Source: a virus (Duplodnaviria > Caudoviricetes). Taken from it: a stretch of DNA of 62,136 nucleotides. The notes beneath the pieces were generated by a model, which saw only the letters and a list, made by a program, of their open reading frames with translations, did no database searches and was not told the origin of the DNA. The position numbers and the translations under genes are program-made. Location of the stretch: IMG/VR virus record IMGVR_UViG_3300021197_001167, positions 1-62,136 of that record. One strand, 5' to 3'. Position 1 is the first letter of the stretch. Each line of letters opens with the position of its first letter. Of the stretch, positions 1 to 9,723 are shown one piece after another.

Positions 1-341
1 GTGAACGCATTAGTGGAAGTGTAGTCGGAATGTTGCATTTCAAATGCAGTCGCACAGTCTGCCAACATGTGTATGCAGTAGATGCGCACAGATACCTCAT
101 AGAGTTGGGGAATGTCGCTTCTGCAAGCAACGGTTCTTATTCATACCCGAAGAGATACTGTCCTCGATGTGAGGCCAGTGCAAATACAGGCGGATATGAG
201 AGCGAGCGTGAAATGGATGAGCGCATGGCAAAATTAGACAAGGAGATGAAACAATGAGTGAATACTACGCAATAAAAAACGACGCAGAATGGCTATACGC
301 AGACCAACGAGATGAGAATTATTCTCAAATCGTCATCATAC
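1..341 (+). repeat. Terminal direct repeat, copy 1 (circular/terminally redundant overlap)
   Basis: 1-341 aligns ungapped with 61796-62136. Mismatches at 11, 125, 161, 174, 186, 259-265, 267 and 310. Implies a unit length of 61,795 bp. Confidence 0.95.
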
Positions 342-706
342 CTGCGTGCTTGCTTGAAGAATCCGACGAGGCACAAATCAACGAGTATGTGCGCAGTGCG
401 ATTCCCGCAATGAAGCACGACCTGCGAATTGTCGGCACAGTCGAAACCACCGAAGAATGCGCCGATGGTTTGCGCATGGATGGCATCATGCTCATACACA
501 GCGAGGATATTCCCGCCTTTGCGCCTGCACGCTTCGGACTTAATGTTCCGTTCCGTTGGCTTGAGGATGTTCTCGGCAACGCAATGGAGAGAGGCACGCA
601 GACTTACAACGACGCATTCCTTTGCGCATATCCCCCGACATGGACTTACGGAGATACGCAGTGGCATGAATATGCCTGCTACACTGGCACATGGGGGGCG
701 GTTTGA
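254..706 (+). CDS. Hypothetical early protein
   Basis: 150-aa ORF; ATGA overlap with upstream gene; GGAG RBS-like sequence upstream. Confidence 0.75.
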   Translation: MSEYYAIKNDAEWLYADQRDENYSQIVIIPACLLEESDEAQINEYVRSAIPAMKHDLRIVGTVETTEECADGLRMDGIMLIHSEDIPAFAPARFGLNVPFRWLEDVLGNAMERGTQTYNDAFLCAYPPTWTYGDTQWHEYACYTGTWGAV

Positions 707-1429
707 ATGGAGATACGCACCATGCGAGAAGCAATGGAGTTCATTCACGGAACTTTTTACCACGCAGGCTTGAACCTTAATCCCGATTTGGGATTCCTCA
801 AGGCCAACAACAAAAGCGCATTCCCGAAATTAACTGATGAAGGGGCGCAAAAAGCACAGGCATTTTTAGTGCAGGCAGAAGAGATACTGCGCAAAGAAAA
901 CATGGATATTTGGGAGGTCTGCATTGAGATGAGCATATACATGACTACTCACGCATGGGCGGAAGCATCGTTGGTCGGAACTAATTTAGAATCCGAAGAA
1001 TGGCTTGAATACTTGCGCACCAAACATGAAGGCTACGCAGAACTTCGCACTATGGCTTGGCCTATCGAAGAAGAAACCGAAACAGACAGGGATTTTCGCA
1101 GAGCATCATTCCTATTCAACACCATAGAGACTACACACAGGCAACACCCTGCAATTGCGCAAAGCGTTCCGCAATCATGGGATTTGGGCAACGGGCAACG
1201 GGCATCGTTCCTTTGCGTAAGCCTCTTGCCTCCGAACTGGCAAGAGCAAGTTGATGATGCTATGCGCAAAATGGGAGGCAGGCAAGCCGGTGATGACGCA
1301 CAATTTGAACTAAGCCTTCAAAACGGCGCAGAACAATTTCAAGAAATAGTTGATGAAATAACGCATGAATACGGCGTGCAAGACCTTGAGGACTTCGATG
1401 ATGACCCGACAAAGGGCTTAGAGTGGTGA
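707..1429 (+). CDS. Hypothetical acidic protein
   Basis: 240-aa ORF abutting the upstream stop codon; acidic C-terminus. Confidence 0.8.
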   Translation: MEIRTMREAMEFIHGTFYHAGLNLNPDLGFLKANNKSAFPKLTDEGAQKAQAFLVQAEEILRKENMDIWEVCIEMSIYMTTHAWAEASLVGTNLESEEWLEYLRTKHEGYAELRTMAWPIEEETETDRDFRRASFLFNTIETTHRQHPAIAQSVPQSWDLGNGQRASFLCVSLLPPNWQEQVDDAMRKMGGRQAGDDAQFELSLQNGAEQFQEIVDEITHEYGVQDLEDFDDDPTKGLEW

Positions 1430-1443
1430 ATAACGCCGAAGAG

Positions 1444-1463
1444 TATATATCCCCCGACACCAT
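1444..1463 (+). promoter_or_regulatory. Early-type archaeal promoter (TATATATCCCCCGACACCAT)
   Basis: TATA box followed by a C-tract; near-identical motifs at 59439-59463 and 61023-61040; followed by a CAGGAG RBS and ATG. Confidence 0.65.
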
Positions 1464-1658
1464 CGCATAGATTACAGGAGAGAAACACATGAGCAAAATA
1501 CCCCCGATTAACGACGCATTTTTCAAGGCGCACATCAAGCCTTTGATTGACAAAGAATTAGAAGACACCCCCGAAGGCATGAGGTTAAATGTCAATTTCG
1601 AGATTGCAGAAGCAGGTCTTCAAATCACATTCACACGCACACCTATGGAGGAATCACA

Positions 1659-2003
1659 ATGAGCAACGCATTCACAGCAGACAGAGAGAAGGATGCTACG
1701 CATTTGACTTGTTGCATGTGCTACAAGCGCATAGAACACAAAGGCAACTGGACTCAAGGCGACAACGCAGAACCGTTGGTTGTTCTTGACAAGAGCCACC
1801 CATCAATCGTTAATCATAATCGCTGTTGCGCAAGTTGCAACGGCTTAGTGCTTCAAGTGCGCATGTTGCAAGCCTTCGGCCAACCCGATGTTGCGCAGTT
1901 AATTGCGGGAATGTTTCACCGAGCAAAAACGCAAACCGATGTTATCATTGCGCACATGAAAACCATTGAGGCTTTTCAATTACTGGCAGGTGGCGAAGAA
2001 TGA
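1659..2003 (+). CDS. Small Zn-finger protein
   Basis: CCMC and CCASC motifs; GGAGG RBS; ATGA coupling. Confidence 0.7.
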   Translation: MSNAFTADREKDATHLTCCMCYKRIEHKGNWTQGDNAEPLVVLDKSHPSIVNHNRCCASCNGLVLQVRMLQAFGQPDVAQLIAGMFHRAKTQTDVIIAHMKTIEAFQLLAGGEE

Positions 2004-2242
2004 GCGTATGGGAATTGCACCAAGCAGACCTGCGCACACTGATGCACCTTATGGGGTATGAGGATTCATTCGGGGTTTCAAGTCTTAGGGACATGAAGAA
2101 CAGTGTTGATTGGCCTATTTGTTGGGACACTGCGCACTTTCTATGTGCGCAATACATAGAGGCGTGGGGCGAAAATAGCGACATTAGAGACTCACTACAA
2201 TACATTGAAACCATAAAGAACGACAGGAGGCATGAAGAATGA
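2000..2242 (+). CDS. Hypothetical protein
   Basis: 80-aa ORF coupled by ATGA overlaps on both sides. Confidence 0.6.
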   Translation: MSVWELHQADLRTLMHLMGYEDSFGVSSLRDMKNSVDWPICWDTAHFLCAQYIEAWGENSDIRDSLQYIETIKNDRRHEE

Positions 2243-2351
2243 GAACTTGTTGGGTATGCAGTGCGCAATGGGATTACATCGAAGAAACCCGACACAGTCT
2301 TTTCTGCCAAGAATGCAGAGGTATTAAAACCGATAACGGAGAGGAATAAAT

Positions 2352-2630
2352 ATGAGCGAAGAACAGATTACACTTGAAGCAGTTATACAGGAAGCAATGC
2401 AACCTCTCATCGAACAGATGCAGAAGGCTATGGAGGCCATTGAATCGGGACAGAAGTTAATGACTGCGCAAGACAAAGTCATACACATGACGACAGATTC
2501 ACTGATTGACATTGCAGGTTTCACTGCGCAGGCAATCAAGCAGACCGACGACCCCGAAGTTCGCCACACATTAGGGCTAATTGCGCAAAGACTGAACGAT
2601 GTTGTCGATTCGGTGCGTGAGCAACTATGA
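2352..2630 (+). CDS. Hypothetical coiled-coil protein
   Basis: GAGGA RBS; helical heptad pattern. Confidence 0.7.
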   Translation: MSEEQITLEAVIQEAMQPLIEQMQKAMEAIESGQKLMTAQDKVIHMTTDSLIDIAGFTAQAIKQTDDPEVRHTLGLIAQRLNDVVDSVREQL

Positions 2631-3153
2631 GACAGGCATGGAGTCGAAACATAAAGGCCAAAGGCATACGCAGACCACGCAAGCGATGCGAAGCGTGCGG
2701 TAAATGCGCAAAGAAAGTCAAAGGAATATCCACAAACGGATATTACATTTGCAAGACCGAAGGTTGCGCAAGACACAAAATGACAGTGGCGGTGGCACAG
2801 GATGACAGGTTCTACTGACACGCCCACACTGATTCTTCTTGACGCAGTCAAGGTCTTGACATACCTTGCGCAGAAGCAGGGAGATGACTCAATCATGCAG
2901 GCCGCAACGCTACTGATGAACAGGCTTGACGCAATCACAGATTGGGAGGCAATGACATGACATGGCGATGCGATAACTGCGGGAAAAAATATGTTTCCGT
3001 TCACAAAAAACCACAATTGAGGTTTTACTCAAGACTGCCTATGACTAAACCCGTTGGCGCATTGCATTCTGCCAAATTGCACAGGGTTTGTTCCTTTGAA
3101 TGCAAGTGCGCAATAGAGAATTATGAGTCTTTGAACAAGGAGGTTTGGGCGCA

Positions 3154-3687
3154 ATGAACCTATTCATCCTTGACGAATCACCGATTTTCGCCGCAATGTC
3201 ATACTGCGATAAGCATGTGCCAAAGTTAATTGTTGAGTGCTTTCAAATGCTCGGCTCTGCACAGCGCAGACATGGCGCAGAAGACGCAGACATGCCCCTT
3301 ACAAGCAAGGGAACGCCTCTCATCGGCGGATATGCGGTTCACCCCGCAACTCTTTGGGTTGGCGCATCCAGTGAGAATTACATGTGGACTTGTTTTCACG
3401 CCGCAATGCTCTGCGAAGAGTTCGAGAAGCGGTTCGACAAAACGCACGCTTGCGCAGATGGCATCGAGCATTTGTTTATGATGGCAGACAGAATCCCCGA
3501 AGGAGAATTGACTCCCTTTGCGCAGTGTATGCCCGACGAATACAAAGTCGAAGGCGATGCAGTGAGCGCATACCGAGCATACTACAAGGGCGAGAAGGCT
3601 CGCTTCGCACAGTGGCAAAAAGGGCGCACTGCGCCGTATTGGTGGACTGATGACTGGCTCTACGGTGTGAACTACACAGTAAGTTGA
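3154..3687 (+). CDS. Pyrimidine-dimer DNA glycosylase (DenV/endonuclease V-like family)
   Basis: N-terminal MNLFILDESP...YCDKHVPKLIVECFQML, HPATLW and FAQCMPDEYK...AVSAYRAYY match this phage family; GGAGG RBS before the ATG at 3154. Confidence 0.8.
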   Translation: MNLFILDESPIFAAMSYCDKHVPKLIVECFQMLGSAQRRHGAEDADMPLTSKGTPLIGGYAVHPATLWVGASSENYMWTCFHAAMLCEEFEKRFDKTHACADGIEHLFMMADRIPEGELTPFAQCMPDEYKVEGDAVSAYRAYYKGEKARFAQWQKGRTAPYWWTDDWLYGVNYTVS

Positions 3688-3749
3688 ATATATACGCAAC
3701 CAAGCGCACAGTGCGCAGGTTGATATGAACAAGTTGCCTGTCTTAAATC

Positions 3750-4571
3750 ATGCAACCGTTTCGATATTGCGGAGAATGGATTTTTGCACGCCCATGCGAC
3801 ATAGTCGTTGAACGATTTATTGGTTGGCGCAGAGCAGGCCGACGCAGGTTGTTTCAACCTTGCGCAGTTCTACGGGCGGGAATCCACAGCATTATGCTCG
3901 ACGGATTAGACGCAGTATGGGATTTCATTAACGCAGTGCAACCCGACATGCCGAGGGCAGTAGTCAATCAAGGGATGAAGGGCGAGTTCATCGAGGAACA
4001 GCCGTTTGCGCAAGACTTACAGGATTTCATCAATGAATCCGATGCAGATTTTATCTCGGTTCGAGGTCACTACGCACATGTGCGTGAGCCGAACAGCACC
4101 TCGATGTTCTGCGGCCACTACGCAAGTAGAGTAAAAGCGCAGAAAGCCCCAAAATGTATTCTGTCTGCGCCTAAGTCATGGGGCGAATCAGCAGCATTGT
4201 TCCTCCCCATGCGTATGCGTGAGGGTGATGTGCGTTGGTTGCCATCGTTGGTGGTTGGAGATTACCCCCGCTTGGTTATTGCGCAGTCTTTGAGCGAGAG
4301 CAAAGCATTCGATATGGAGTCGGCAGTATTGATTTCAAGCGTTGTCTGCGCCGACGAGCAGGCGCAAGCAGAGATAAGACCCCACCTTTCATTAAAGCGC
4401 ACAGAACCGGCTACAATTATTTCTTCTATCGCAGAGATGCACCACCAGTTATGCGACAGCGACTACGAACCGTTGCCTTGCGACGACGAAACGAGAACAG
4501 GTTTGCGCTTCAAGGAAGCAGAGGATATTGAGCGTTCAAGAGCAGAGCGTTTATTTATTTCATTGAATTGA
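3750..4571 (+). CDS. Hypothetical protein (start uncertain)
   Basis: 273-aa ORF on the coding strand; the true 5' end may be at 3725 via a frameshift or indel (see findings). Confidence 0.65.
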   Translation: MQPFRYCGEWIFARPCDIVVERFIGWRRAGRRRLFQPCAVLRAGIHSIMLDGLDAVWDFINAVQPDMPRAVVNQGMKGEFIEEQPFAQDLQDFINESDADFISVRGHYAHVREPNSTSMFCGHYASRVKAQKAPKCILSAPKSWGESAALFLPMRMREGDVRWLPSLVVGDYPRLVIAQSLSESKAFDMESAVLISSVVCADEQAQAEIRPHLSLKRTEPATIISSIAEMHHQLCDSDYEPLPCDDETRTGLRFKEAEDIERSRAERLFISLN

Positions 4572-4749
4572 AAGAATACAGAAGAAAATAATGCGCACAC
4601 TGAAAGCCTGCGGCAGTTATTCTTTTTATTCTTCTTAGGTGTTTAGGTTAAGCCCCCGTATAATAATAGTCTTACACACCCTTAGAACAATTGAAAGAAT
4701 TGCGCAGAAGCGTTGCACTGCGACTCATTTATTTTTTCTTAATTCCTTC
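4560..4749. repeat. AT-rich dyad element A (inverted homolog of 49241-49433)
   Basis: Shares TCATTGA, CACTGAAAGC, TTATTCTTTT, TCTTACACACC, CGTTGCACT and CATTTATT, in the same order, with the reverse complement of 49241-49433. Confidence 0.75.
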
Positions 4750-4803
4750 AAATCCTCAAAAAGAATAAGCAGGTTTATACCGACGAATGCCATAGCACTA
4801 TAC

Positions 4804-5625
4804 ATGGCAGAAGCGACATGGAACTTTAGCACCATCGGAGAGACTGATTTTTATTTATCACCGGAGGTAGAATATGCTACGCACTTACTCATCATAAACA
4901 GCAATGCGCCGAGCAACCTGCCTGCCGTTCTCGGCGTAGAGTTGGGGTGCGTTGAGAAGGATGAGAGCAGAGTTGGATTTGTCACATCAAAGCATGTTTT
5001 GACGAAACCCCATCGGGTCTTGAATGAGAACAACCCAATGTGGCCGTTATTCAAATACAAGAATACACTCATTCTAATGGTGAATGCGCCGCCGACAATC
5101 TCGACGCAATTAGGCGCACATAGAAACGAATGGCTGTTCAACTATCCCCCTGCGAGAGACATTGTTATGAAGTTCGCACACCTTAAGCGCATAGGCACAC
5201 TCACAACATACGCACTTAACCGGCTATTCACTTCACCTTCACCGATGCCAAAGGAATGCGTTGCAGTGCGTGAGCATGAGTTGGGATTAGAAGAAACGAC
5301 AGAGTCGTTGCAGAGCATTTGGTCTTGGTTGCCAGTAGCCCTTCGGGGAATCACAGGCAAAAAGGGTTCAATCTATATCATGCCGAGCGAGGAAACGCAC
5401 AAGGACTTGAAATCGTTTGAAAGCAAATCTATTATCGAACCTGCAAAGTTCGATGAAATATGCACCTTGCTTAGAGTCGATGGCTACAAAATACCGAGAG
5501 GGGCGGCAAAAAGGGCGCAAGAGTCATATATTGGTTTATCGTCGGAGGCTTTAGAGCGCATCAAAGAATTGATTGGGGCGCACCATGAGGAAAACCTAAA
5601 CGACACAGGGGCGATGTTTCAATGA
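4804..5625 (+). CDS. PAC2-like (proteasome assembly chaperone fold) protein
   Basis: Pattern LLIIN...VGFVTS...PLFKY..TLILMVNAP...ARDIVMKFAHLKRIGTL resembles archaeal PAC2/Pba proteins; C-terminal GAMFQ is HbYX-like; TTTATA lies 30 nt upstream. Confidence 0.5.
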   Translation: MAEATWNFSTIGETDFYLSPEVEYATHLLIINSNAPSNLPAVLGVELGCVEKDESRVGFVTSKHVLTKPHRVLNENNPMWPLFKYKNTLILMVNAPPTISTQLGAHRNEWLFNYPPARDIVMKFAHLKRIGTLTTYALNRLFTSPSPMPKECVAVREHELGLEETTESLQSIWSWLPVALRGITGKKGSIYIMPSEETHKDLKSFESKSIIEPAKFDEICTLLRVDGYKIPRGAAKRAQESYIGLSSEALERIKELIGAHHEENLNDTGAMFQ

Positions 5626-5803
5626 ATGTAAAAATAAAAGCGTGGGATTACTTGCAAGAAATCAAAGAAGGGATTGGCATTGTAGATGCCGGATTGATAT
5701 TACATGCGCTTATTGAGAATGGCGCAATACACGCAGATGAAATATGGATTGCCGAGAAGTTGATTGAAGCCTATGAAGAAGTGATGGGGAAGGATGAGGA
5801 AGA

Positions 5804-7099
5804 ATGACCGATGATATTTTCGACAGAGTGCAGAGATTCTGCGACAAGAACCATTTGGTTGATGTTGCAGACAAAGTTCCTATTTTCCTATGTAGCATCG
5901 GCGCACACATGTTTAACGCAGTGAACAAATGTTCGATGTGCGACTTTGACCCACTGACTGCGCCCGAAGGCTCATTCGTCATCGAGGATTGTCCGTTGAG
6001 ACACACTGACTATCCTATCTACACACCGGCAACCCGTCTTGCAGATACACGCATTAACATACTCATTCGAGGCCAAAAGGGTTCGGGAAAAAATGTATTA
6101 CTCGACTTGTTCTGCGCAGAGAATACTGGTATTCTATGGAACAGCAAAGGAGAAGCAGGCGAAGGTTTCCGCACTATGGTTGGCGCAAACAGCATCACAG
6201 AGGCAGGTATGTTCGGTTCAGTGAATGAAGACGGAGACATTATGGGGAATCCCGTTGCACGCTACATGTGCGGGGGCTTTCTCTGCTTTGAAGAGTTCTC
6301 TTCAATATCCGATGCGTCACGCAAAGACCACAGCGTAGATATGAAAAACCAACTTCTTACATCTCTTGACAGTGGCCGAGTGAACAAATCTATGCGCAGT
6401 GGGTGGGTTCGATACAACACACGCTATACTATGTGGGCGGGAACACAACCTGCTCGGTTTGAATTGGAGTCCGGACTGGATAGAAGGTTCTTCATCATCG
6501 ACATTGTTATGACTCCCGAAAAGGAACTACTATACAAGCAGGCGCAGAATGCGCAGGCGAGCATAACCCCCGAAGAACGAAGAGAGTTAATCCAAGAATC
6601 CATATCAATGCGCAACTGGTTTATCGACAGGCAGAAGAAGGTCTTCAACAATAAACCGCAAGGCGTTGTTTTTAGTGACGAGTTCGACCAATGGGTTATG
6701 CAAGAATCAGTGCGCAGTTTTGAAAGTGACTTGTTCCGCAGACTGGCTATCGGTTATACTATGATGAAAGGCGAGTGGGTGGATAAGGAATTACTCATGG
6801 TTGAGTTGGATGACAGACTGCGTGAAATCCTTGAGTCGTCATTGAAAATGCGCAGAAATGTTATGGATGAAGACATTCGATTGATACGCACTACATTTTG
6901 GGAGAAAGATGTTCCCCGTTCAGTCTTGTTGAAGGACATTGCACGCTTGATTTGCGACAACGATTACAGTTCCGCAAAGCGTTGGATTGAGGAATACCTA
7001 ATCGGCCAAGCATGGTTCACAGAGTATGTTCCTAAGAAGGATGGGCGAGGCCGTAAAGGTGTAGTGTGCAGATTTGGTTTTCCGGAGAGTGAACGATAA
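5804..7099 (+). CDS. mcm: MCM-like replicative helicase (AAA+ core, short N-terminus)
   Basis: INILIRGQKGSGKN (Walker A), GGFLCFEEFS (Walker B), TMWAGTQP (sensor 1), LDRRFF (Arg finger). Confidence 0.7.
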   Translation: MTDDIFDRVQRFCDKNHLVDVADKVPIFLCSIGAHMFNAVNKCSMCDFDPLTAPEGSFVIEDCPLRHTDYPIYTPATRLADTRINILIRGQKGSGKNVLLDLFCAENTGILWNSKGEAGEGFRTMVGANSITEAGMFGSVNEDGDIMGNPVARYMCGGFLCFEEFSSISDASRKDHSVDMKNQLLTSLDSGRVNKSMRSGWVRYNTRYTMWAGTQPARFELESGLDRRFFIIDIVMTPEKELLYKQAQNAQASITPEERRELIQESISMRNWFIDRQKKVFNNKPQGVVFSDEFDQWVMQESVRSFESDLFRRLAIGYTMMKGEWVDKELLMVELDDRLREILESSLKMRRNVMDEDIRLIRTTFWEKDVPRSVLLKDIARLICDNDYSSAKRWIEEYLIGQAWFTEYVPKKDGRGRKGVVCRFGFPESER

Positions 7100-7368
7100 T
7101 GGTTAAAATACATTATGTCAGTAGTAGAACTGGCGGAGTGCGCAAATACCAAGCATTCCGAGATTCATGCTTTAGACAACTGCTACAATCCCCGACAGGT
7201 CAAATGCACATTGACGACTTATTGTTGAATCTAAACACAAAGAAAAATACTCCGATGAGATGCGGAATACCGATACGCAAAGGAGTTCATAATGTTATGC
7301 GCACTGATAAGAGGTTTGTGTGCGAAGGTGGAGGCATCTACTCACTGGCAAAGGGGGTCGAAGCATGA
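7099..7368 (+). CDS. Small basic winged-helix-like protein
   Basis: 89 aa; C-terminal VMRTDKRFVCEGGGIYSL resembles a wHTH wing. Confidence 0.5.
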   Translation: MVKIHYVSSRTGGVRKYQAFRDSCFRQLLQSPTGQMHIDDLLLNLNTKKNTPMRCGIPIRKGVHNVMRTDKRFVCEGGGIYSLAKGVEA

Positions 7369-7658
7369 GACATACCACAAAAGGAACTTCGGCCAACCCG
7401 CAAAATATGCGCAGACGACGATACAACAAATGGCTCGACTCTGCGGCAGAAGTTCTTGAAGAAATTGATGAAGCGAGAACTGCGGCATGGCTCATCGAGA
7501 ACCTGCCGGATAACAGACACACTCCTAAATCTACAACTGCGGCATCGCAGAAGTTGCGCAAAGACAAGAGGTTCGGCAGGTATGAAGGTTATACAACAGA
7601 TATTCTCGGTCATGCTTACAAGACATTTTTCTACTTTTACGAGGGTGATGTGCAATGA
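7365..7658 (+). CDS. Small basic winged-helix-like protein
   Basis: ATGA overlap; LRKDKRF motif is similar to the upstream gene's MRTDKRF. Confidence 0.5.
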   Translation: MRHTTKGTSANPQNMRRRRYNKWLDSAAEVLEEIDEARTAAWLIENLPDNRHTPKSTTAASQKLRKDKRFGRYEGYTTDILGHAYKTFFYFYEGDVQ

Positions 7659-8281
7659 AGAGTAAATGGTTAATCGAACAAAGACTTGCAATAGAAGACG
7701 ACCCGATGGCAATTGAAGCATTGCGTTGGGCTTTAGAATCACCCGAATGTCCTTTGTGCGCACATCGCAACAGAAGAGATTGGGAGATACAGGTTTTTAA
7801 CGGCAACATTACAACATCATACCTTGAATCAAAGTTCAATTGGGAGGTCGGCATTGTCGAAGAACACATGTCGGCGCACATGGATTATGACCCCGAAGAA
7901 GCAGAGAATGTAGAAGAGGCTCGCAGTGAAGCGATTACTACGCTTGATATGGCCGAAGATGTATTCTCACGCATAACAAAGTGGCTTGACGAATGGGAGG
8001 AACAGAAGGACATAGACGGAATCGACGCAGACTGGTTATCCACTGCTACTCGTCTTGTTGCGCAGGCCAATACAAACATTAAGTTAATTGGCACACTCAA
8101 GAAAGAGATTGGCGTTGATTCTCAAATGCTACTTGCGCATCAGCAAGTGAATGGCGTTATGGGAATCCTTGTAGATGTTCTGCGCAGTGAACCAAGACTA
8201 CTAAATCAAATCGAAATGCGCATTGGTGCGCTCAAAGCACCGACGCACACTATCGAAGCAGACTATGAGGTGATTGACTGA
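7655..8281 (+). CDS. Zn-finger/helical hypothetical protein
   Basis: CPLCAH...HMSAH putative Zn site followed by a long helical region. Confidence 0.75.
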   Translation: MKSKWLIEQRLAIEDDPMAIEALRWALESPECPLCAHRNRRDWEIQVFNGNITTSYLESKFNWEVGIVEEHMSAHMDYDPEEAENVEEARSEAITTLDMAEDVFSRITKWLDEWEEQKDIDGIDADWLSTATRLVAQANTNIKLIGTLKKEIGVDSQMLLAHQQVNGVMGILVDVLRSEPRLLNQIEMRIGALKAPTHTIEADYEVID

Positions 8282-8449
8282 TGGGTGTTTCATACGGCAA
8301 TGATAGAGGAAGACTCGGCTACTCCATGCGCACACGACAAATGCGCAGATGCAATGAGTGCGGTTATACTGCGAATGTTCTTTACAACACACACAAGCGT
8401 TGGGAAAAGAACCGGATGATTTACTGCGGTTATATGAGGGTGGTTAAGG

Positions 8450-8740
8450 ATGAATGAAGGCGAGCCTATCAAGTGGCGTGCGCACTTCAACCAACTCATC
8501 AGTCGCCCAATTCCCGAAACAGAGTTCCCCGTCATTGCGCAGAGAATGCTTGATGACGGATTGGTTGCAGTTATCAACGGAGAAGGTCTTCGATGGTTCA
8601 GTGGTCGATACCGAGTCACCGCAACGGTTGTCCGTGACATGTGGGGTTTAAGTGAGCATCAATACAAGCGATTCTATCGGTGGGTTTATATGAACGATGC
8701 CTTTAATGATTTAATAGAGGGAAACGATGATGAAGTTTAG
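8450..8740 (+). CDS. Hypothetical protein
   Basis: 96-aa ORF within a tightly coupled operon. Confidence 0.65.
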   Translation: MNEGEPIKWRAHFNQLISRPIPETEFPVIAQRMLDDGLVAVINGEGLRWFSGRYRVTATVVRDMWGLSEHQYKRFYRWVYMNDAFNDLIEGNDDEV

Positions 8741-9078
8741 ATTAGGATTCAACGGACAAGACGGCTCATGGTCGCATGACGAGATGATTACCGGAGAGTA
8801 TCAGCATGTATTTGCATGGCTACAAGGTTATTTGAAAGCAAGCAATTATGCTCTAAGAGAAATTGAAGTTATGGGGGCAGACGAATGAGTAAGGTGATTT
8901 GCGTTGCGGATTTTACAGGAATTGTTCATTGCGATAGCGACTGGACTCCGAATCATGTCGAGCATGTGCAGAGAGGAAAAACCGTTAAGGGCGTGACAGT
9001 AGAAACGCCTTCGGAATTATCCGGTTATGTGCGCATAGAGACAGAAGCAGGCGATTACTTGCTCGTTAATACCGATGA

Positions 9079-9381
9079 TTGGGTGATACAATGAATACCG
9101 ATTTACAAAAAGACATGAACGAAGTCCGAAGGGCTATGACGGAGATTGAGCAAATGGGCTACGCAGTAGTCAATGAAACAACCGGCGACAGAGACTCAAA
9201 GAAAATAAGCATTGAATGGCACATAGACGATGTGTTGGAGATTCGACCCGACTTAGACGATAGAAAGGCTATGAATGTCTTGAACATGGTTCTGCGCAAG
9301 CATGATGCAACGGTCGGTGTCAATTGGGAAGTTCTCGATTTTTGGGCTATGGAGTTATACCCCGAAGGTGATGCGCAATGA
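9079..9381 (+). CDS. Hypothetical phage protein
   Basis: ISIEWHIDDVLEIRPDL...HDATVGVNW pattern typical of small phage proteins; coupled ORF. Confidence 0.65.
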   Translation: MGDTMNTDLQKDMNEVRRAMTEIEQMGYAVVNETTGDRDSKKISIEWHIDDVLEIRPDLDDRKAMNVLNMVLRKHDATVGVNWEVLDFWAMELYPEGDAQ

Positions 9382-9608
9382 AGCCGAGTGTTCGACAAAT
9401 CATGGCAGGCTTGCGCAACATACGCAGTCGAGTTAATGCAAACGAGTTCATGGCGCACTTCTGCCCCAACAAACCTTTCGATTCATACCACGCAAACCGT
9501 TGGGAATTGTTTAGAGATGACCCCGTCGGTTTTTGGTGCAACAGTGATTCCGAACAACAAAGGTTGCTTGAGGATTTAATTATTGATATGTTGGAGATGG
9601 TTGATTGA
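9378..9608 (+). CDS. Hypothetical protein
   Basis: GGTGA RBS and ATGA overlap. Confidence 0.6.
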   Translation: MKPSVRQIMAGLRNIRSRVNANEFMAHFCPNKPFDSYHANRWELFRDDPVGFWCNSDSEQQRLLEDLIIDMLEMVD

Positions 9609-9723
9609 AACAAGAAAAATGTTCCCGATGCAAGCGCATGTTTGACTTGCAAGACTGCATGATTATCGAAGGCAAAGTTGTTTGCGTAGAATGCCACGCC
9701 TATGATGAATACGGGGTGGTTCT

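Noticed and set aside
1-341. Diversity-generating retroelement TR/VR pair
   Set aside because: No reverse transcriptase is present, differences are not adenine-specific, and the copies sit exactly at the contig ends.
4639-4803. 5' extension of the PAC2-like ORF
   Set aside because: It runs through the dyad element; a TATA box 30 nt before ATG 4804 indicates the real start.
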